In this document: positions 61,271 to 64,000 of the stretch, piece by piece
Layout: each line of letters starts with the position of its first letter
How positions within the stretch are numbered: position 1 is the first letter of the stretch
Notes under the pieces: model-generated
Database searches by the model: none
What the model was told of the DNA's origin: nothing
What the model saw: the letters and a program-made list of their open reading frames with translations, nothing else
Assembly (NCBI GenBank): GCA_030390025.1
Contig: CM059433.1
Location: 32,304,001-32,368,000, forward strand
From: Squalus acanthias
Taxonomy: Eukaryota
Length of the DNA: 64,000 nt
Direction of reading: 5' to 3'
Program-made: the position numbers and the translations under genes

Positions 61271-63516
61271 CCCGATTGACCATAAGCAGTGCCATGAGAG
61301 ATCAGCTATTAAATCCTAATGCATTCATTAAGTAAATTTATTGTAACATTAAAAAAATTGGATTACTTCTTGGTAGATTTTGTTTCATTTCGCATTGCAG
61401 AGTTAACAGCGAAATATCACAACCACACAAATTCAAACCGTTCCCACAGCAGCAATGCCACCACGGCCTGGGAATGAAGTGCCACCAGCAAGAAGCGAAA
61501 GAGAGAGAGCTAATGGTAAAACATTGAAGAGTTGCAGAATGAATGACTTTCAGTGAAGCGCAAAATGGGGCAGCTGGAGCAAGGCTCGTGGGAAGCACTT
61601 AAGGAGCTATGGTGCTGCTTCAGGGAGAAAAGTGATAAGTCCGTGAAGCCACAACTGGAAGCATGTTCACTGACACGAGAAGATCAGCAGCATGCGGGCG
61701 CTATGACCTATCAACTGGTTTTAGAACTGGGGCAAAGGCCTGGAGACAGGGGACTCATTGGTTCGCTAGCATCAGAGCTAGGACCAGAGGGAACTGGAGA
61801 GACAGCTTCAAAATAAAGAAACATGATATACACTGCCTCTGAGTAACTGCAAGAACTAATAATACAAACTATGATAAAGTAGAAATTAACTGATAATAAA
61901 CTGTCACTTACATTCAAAATAAATGTAGACAGAGAGGAAAAGTACAAATCAATGCCTTACAGCCGGGGAATGCCTCCAAATATATGATCAAAACTAATAC
62001 AGCAAGTGGATACAACATAGAATAGCAATACATTCAAAACAATAATAAATAATTGGAGGCACTGTATCTAAATGTCACATTGAAGAGCTGGCAAACAGGC
62101 AGGAGTCAAGAAATGTTGCAGTAGAGAAAGAGGCTGAATTGAAATTAGTATACCCCATCTACCATACCAGTTGAATGCCAAGACCATGAAAGTGTTAAAA
62201 TAATTGGCAAGAAATGTCATTTTCAGTGTCCTGGCATACAGCTTTGCCTGCTGGGGGTGCCCATCAGGAATTTGGGCACATGCCTAAATTCCGAATAGGC
62301 ACTCCGGCTTGGCAAAGCCCTATGCTGAAATGCTGAAAATAAAATCTAGCATGCCTTAATTTTTAGTTTTGCTTCCATTGGCATGACTTTTATTCCAGCT
62401 CCCAGCACCATCCGCTTTCCGATTTTGGACTTGGCAAAATCTGGGGACTCTAAAGTATATGTTTTAATGGTATAATACTAGATCGCTCATGCATCGCTCT
62501 TGGTGAGTCAGAGAATATGTTAAAGAATGACATCTGAAGACAGAGAGACAGGAAGAGAGACAGTTGCAGAAAGTGCACAATGGTACGCAATATAGTTTGT
62601 TTATTTCTTTTACCATTTTTGACGTTTATCAAAACCTCCCTCAACCTGCACAGTTTGAGAGAATACAGCCTAATTGCTCTAATCTTTCCTCGCAACCCAT
62701 GATCCTAGTAAATCTTCACTGCACTTTCACCAGGGCTATGATATCCCTGCCGTAGTGAGGAACCCAACACTGCAGATGAAACCAGGGATGAGATAGTAGA
62801 GTTATGAGGAGATATTTGAGATAATGGGACAAGTCCCAGTGGATTGGAAAAGGCAAAGAGGAGATCAAATCATGGTTTTTAAAATAGGCCATTTCCTTTG
62901 GTTGGGAACTAAGTAATGAGGGGTCAACAGTTTAATACCATCACTAAGAGAGTGAGGACAGAGTTTGAAGAAATTCCTTTGCACACAGTAATTAAAGCAT
63001 AAAATGTTTTGCCACATGGATTAGGTAAGGCAGAGACCGTTCATTTTGTAAAGGGAAGAATAAATAAAATTTGAAGCAGAAGACACAGGGCTATGGGAGA
63101 GAGCAGTGCAGTGGAATTAGTTTTGAACTATTCCTTTACGTTGGTATTTCTCACTAAAATTGAATGAGATATTACAATTAATGCAGCTAAGTACCAATCA
63201 GAACCTCAGATAATTGATATTCTTGTCAGGTGTTCAAAATAATCACTTCAGGGGCGTACAGCATTTATTGTACCATTTACCACATAGTCAGAATATTCCA
63301 TCTTAAAAATGTTCTCAATTTCTCATGGGCATTTTATCAAATGTTATCTGATAGTCCATATAAACTACGTCTACCACATCTCCCTATCTATACTTTCCAG
63401 TATAGTCTAAAAAAATTTGATCATGTTAGTCAAACCATACCTGCCCTTCAGAAATTAATGTTGACCAATTCCAATAAGTACATGCCCCATTAACTTTTCA
63501 ATTATTTTATAAAAGG

Positions 63517-63661
63517 CCTTGCATTTATATAGCGCCATTCACAACTTCAGGACGTCCCAAAGTGCTTAACAGCTTATGAAGTACTTTTGAAGTGGAGTCA
63601 CTGTTGTAATGTAGGAAATGTGCAGCCAATTTGCACACACTAAGATCCCACAAACAACAAT
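63517..63661 (-). mobile_element. Deu-SINE 3' part, interrupted by a MITE
   Basis: cttgcatttatatagcgcc... to cccacaaacaacaat. Confidence 0.8.
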
Positions 63662-64000
63662 GGTCCAGAAATTCCGTTCGCAGGCTTCCCACGGGCGGAG
63701 GGCTGCGATCTGGAAAAATCTGCGCCTGGACCGGAGGGCTCCCGGGAGGCGCAGAGTTCCGTTGCTGGGCCTCTCCAAACTGCCGGTGCGCAGGGCCCAC
63801 GTATCCCAGAGGCGCAGGTGGTTCGCAGCGTCCCTGGGATCACGTGGGCCATGGGGAGCCAATCAGAGAAGGGAATCTCCCTTCATACATTTGACAGGAA
63901 AACCTGTCAAATATATGAAGAGATCACCCCCAAAACATAGTAAAACTTAAATAATTTTTTTTTAAAAATCACACTTTTAAAATGACTTTAAATTACAATA
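63662..64000. mobile_element. Harbinger-type MITE, runs off the window
   Basis: Starts GGTCCAGAAATT after AAT; GC-rich end followed by AT-rich core, like 12608-13351 and 26258-26479. Confidence 0.7.

Noticed and set aside
61460..62080. 87-aa ORF at 61553..61816 as a host exon
   Set aside because: No recognisable domain; the downstream ALYLN motif suggests a decayed CR1 ORF1/ORF2 boundary.

Overview
Eukaryotic, transposon-dominated DNA with no recognisable host gene. It is most likely from a cartilaginous fish (shark), inferred from the HE1-type V-SINE, many well-preserved Deu-domain SINEs, and CR1/L2 LINEs. The window is a nest of retroelements and DNA transposons. (1) Penelope-like elements (PLEs): one with an uninterrupted 698-aa RT + GIY-YIG frame inserted inside another PLE, three ~215-220-bp palindromic mini-copies, one truncated copy, and a second PLE family. 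All carry minimal hammerhead ribozyme motifs. All five fully bounded insertions of the main family have 12-bp target-site duplications and end at the same CATCA(TG) position. (2) About ten PIF/Harbinger elements and MITEs, two with decayed transposase plus Myb/SANT genes. Their insertion sites share a palindromic RASWC-nnn-GWSTY consensus. (3) CR1 and L2 LINEs and SINEs. (4) A ~1.7-1.9-kb non-repetitive segment (about 42.4-44.3 kb) that may be a long solo LTR with a decayed ORF. All calls come from reading the sequence by eye; no database search or folding program was run, and many LINE/SINE boundaries are approximate.
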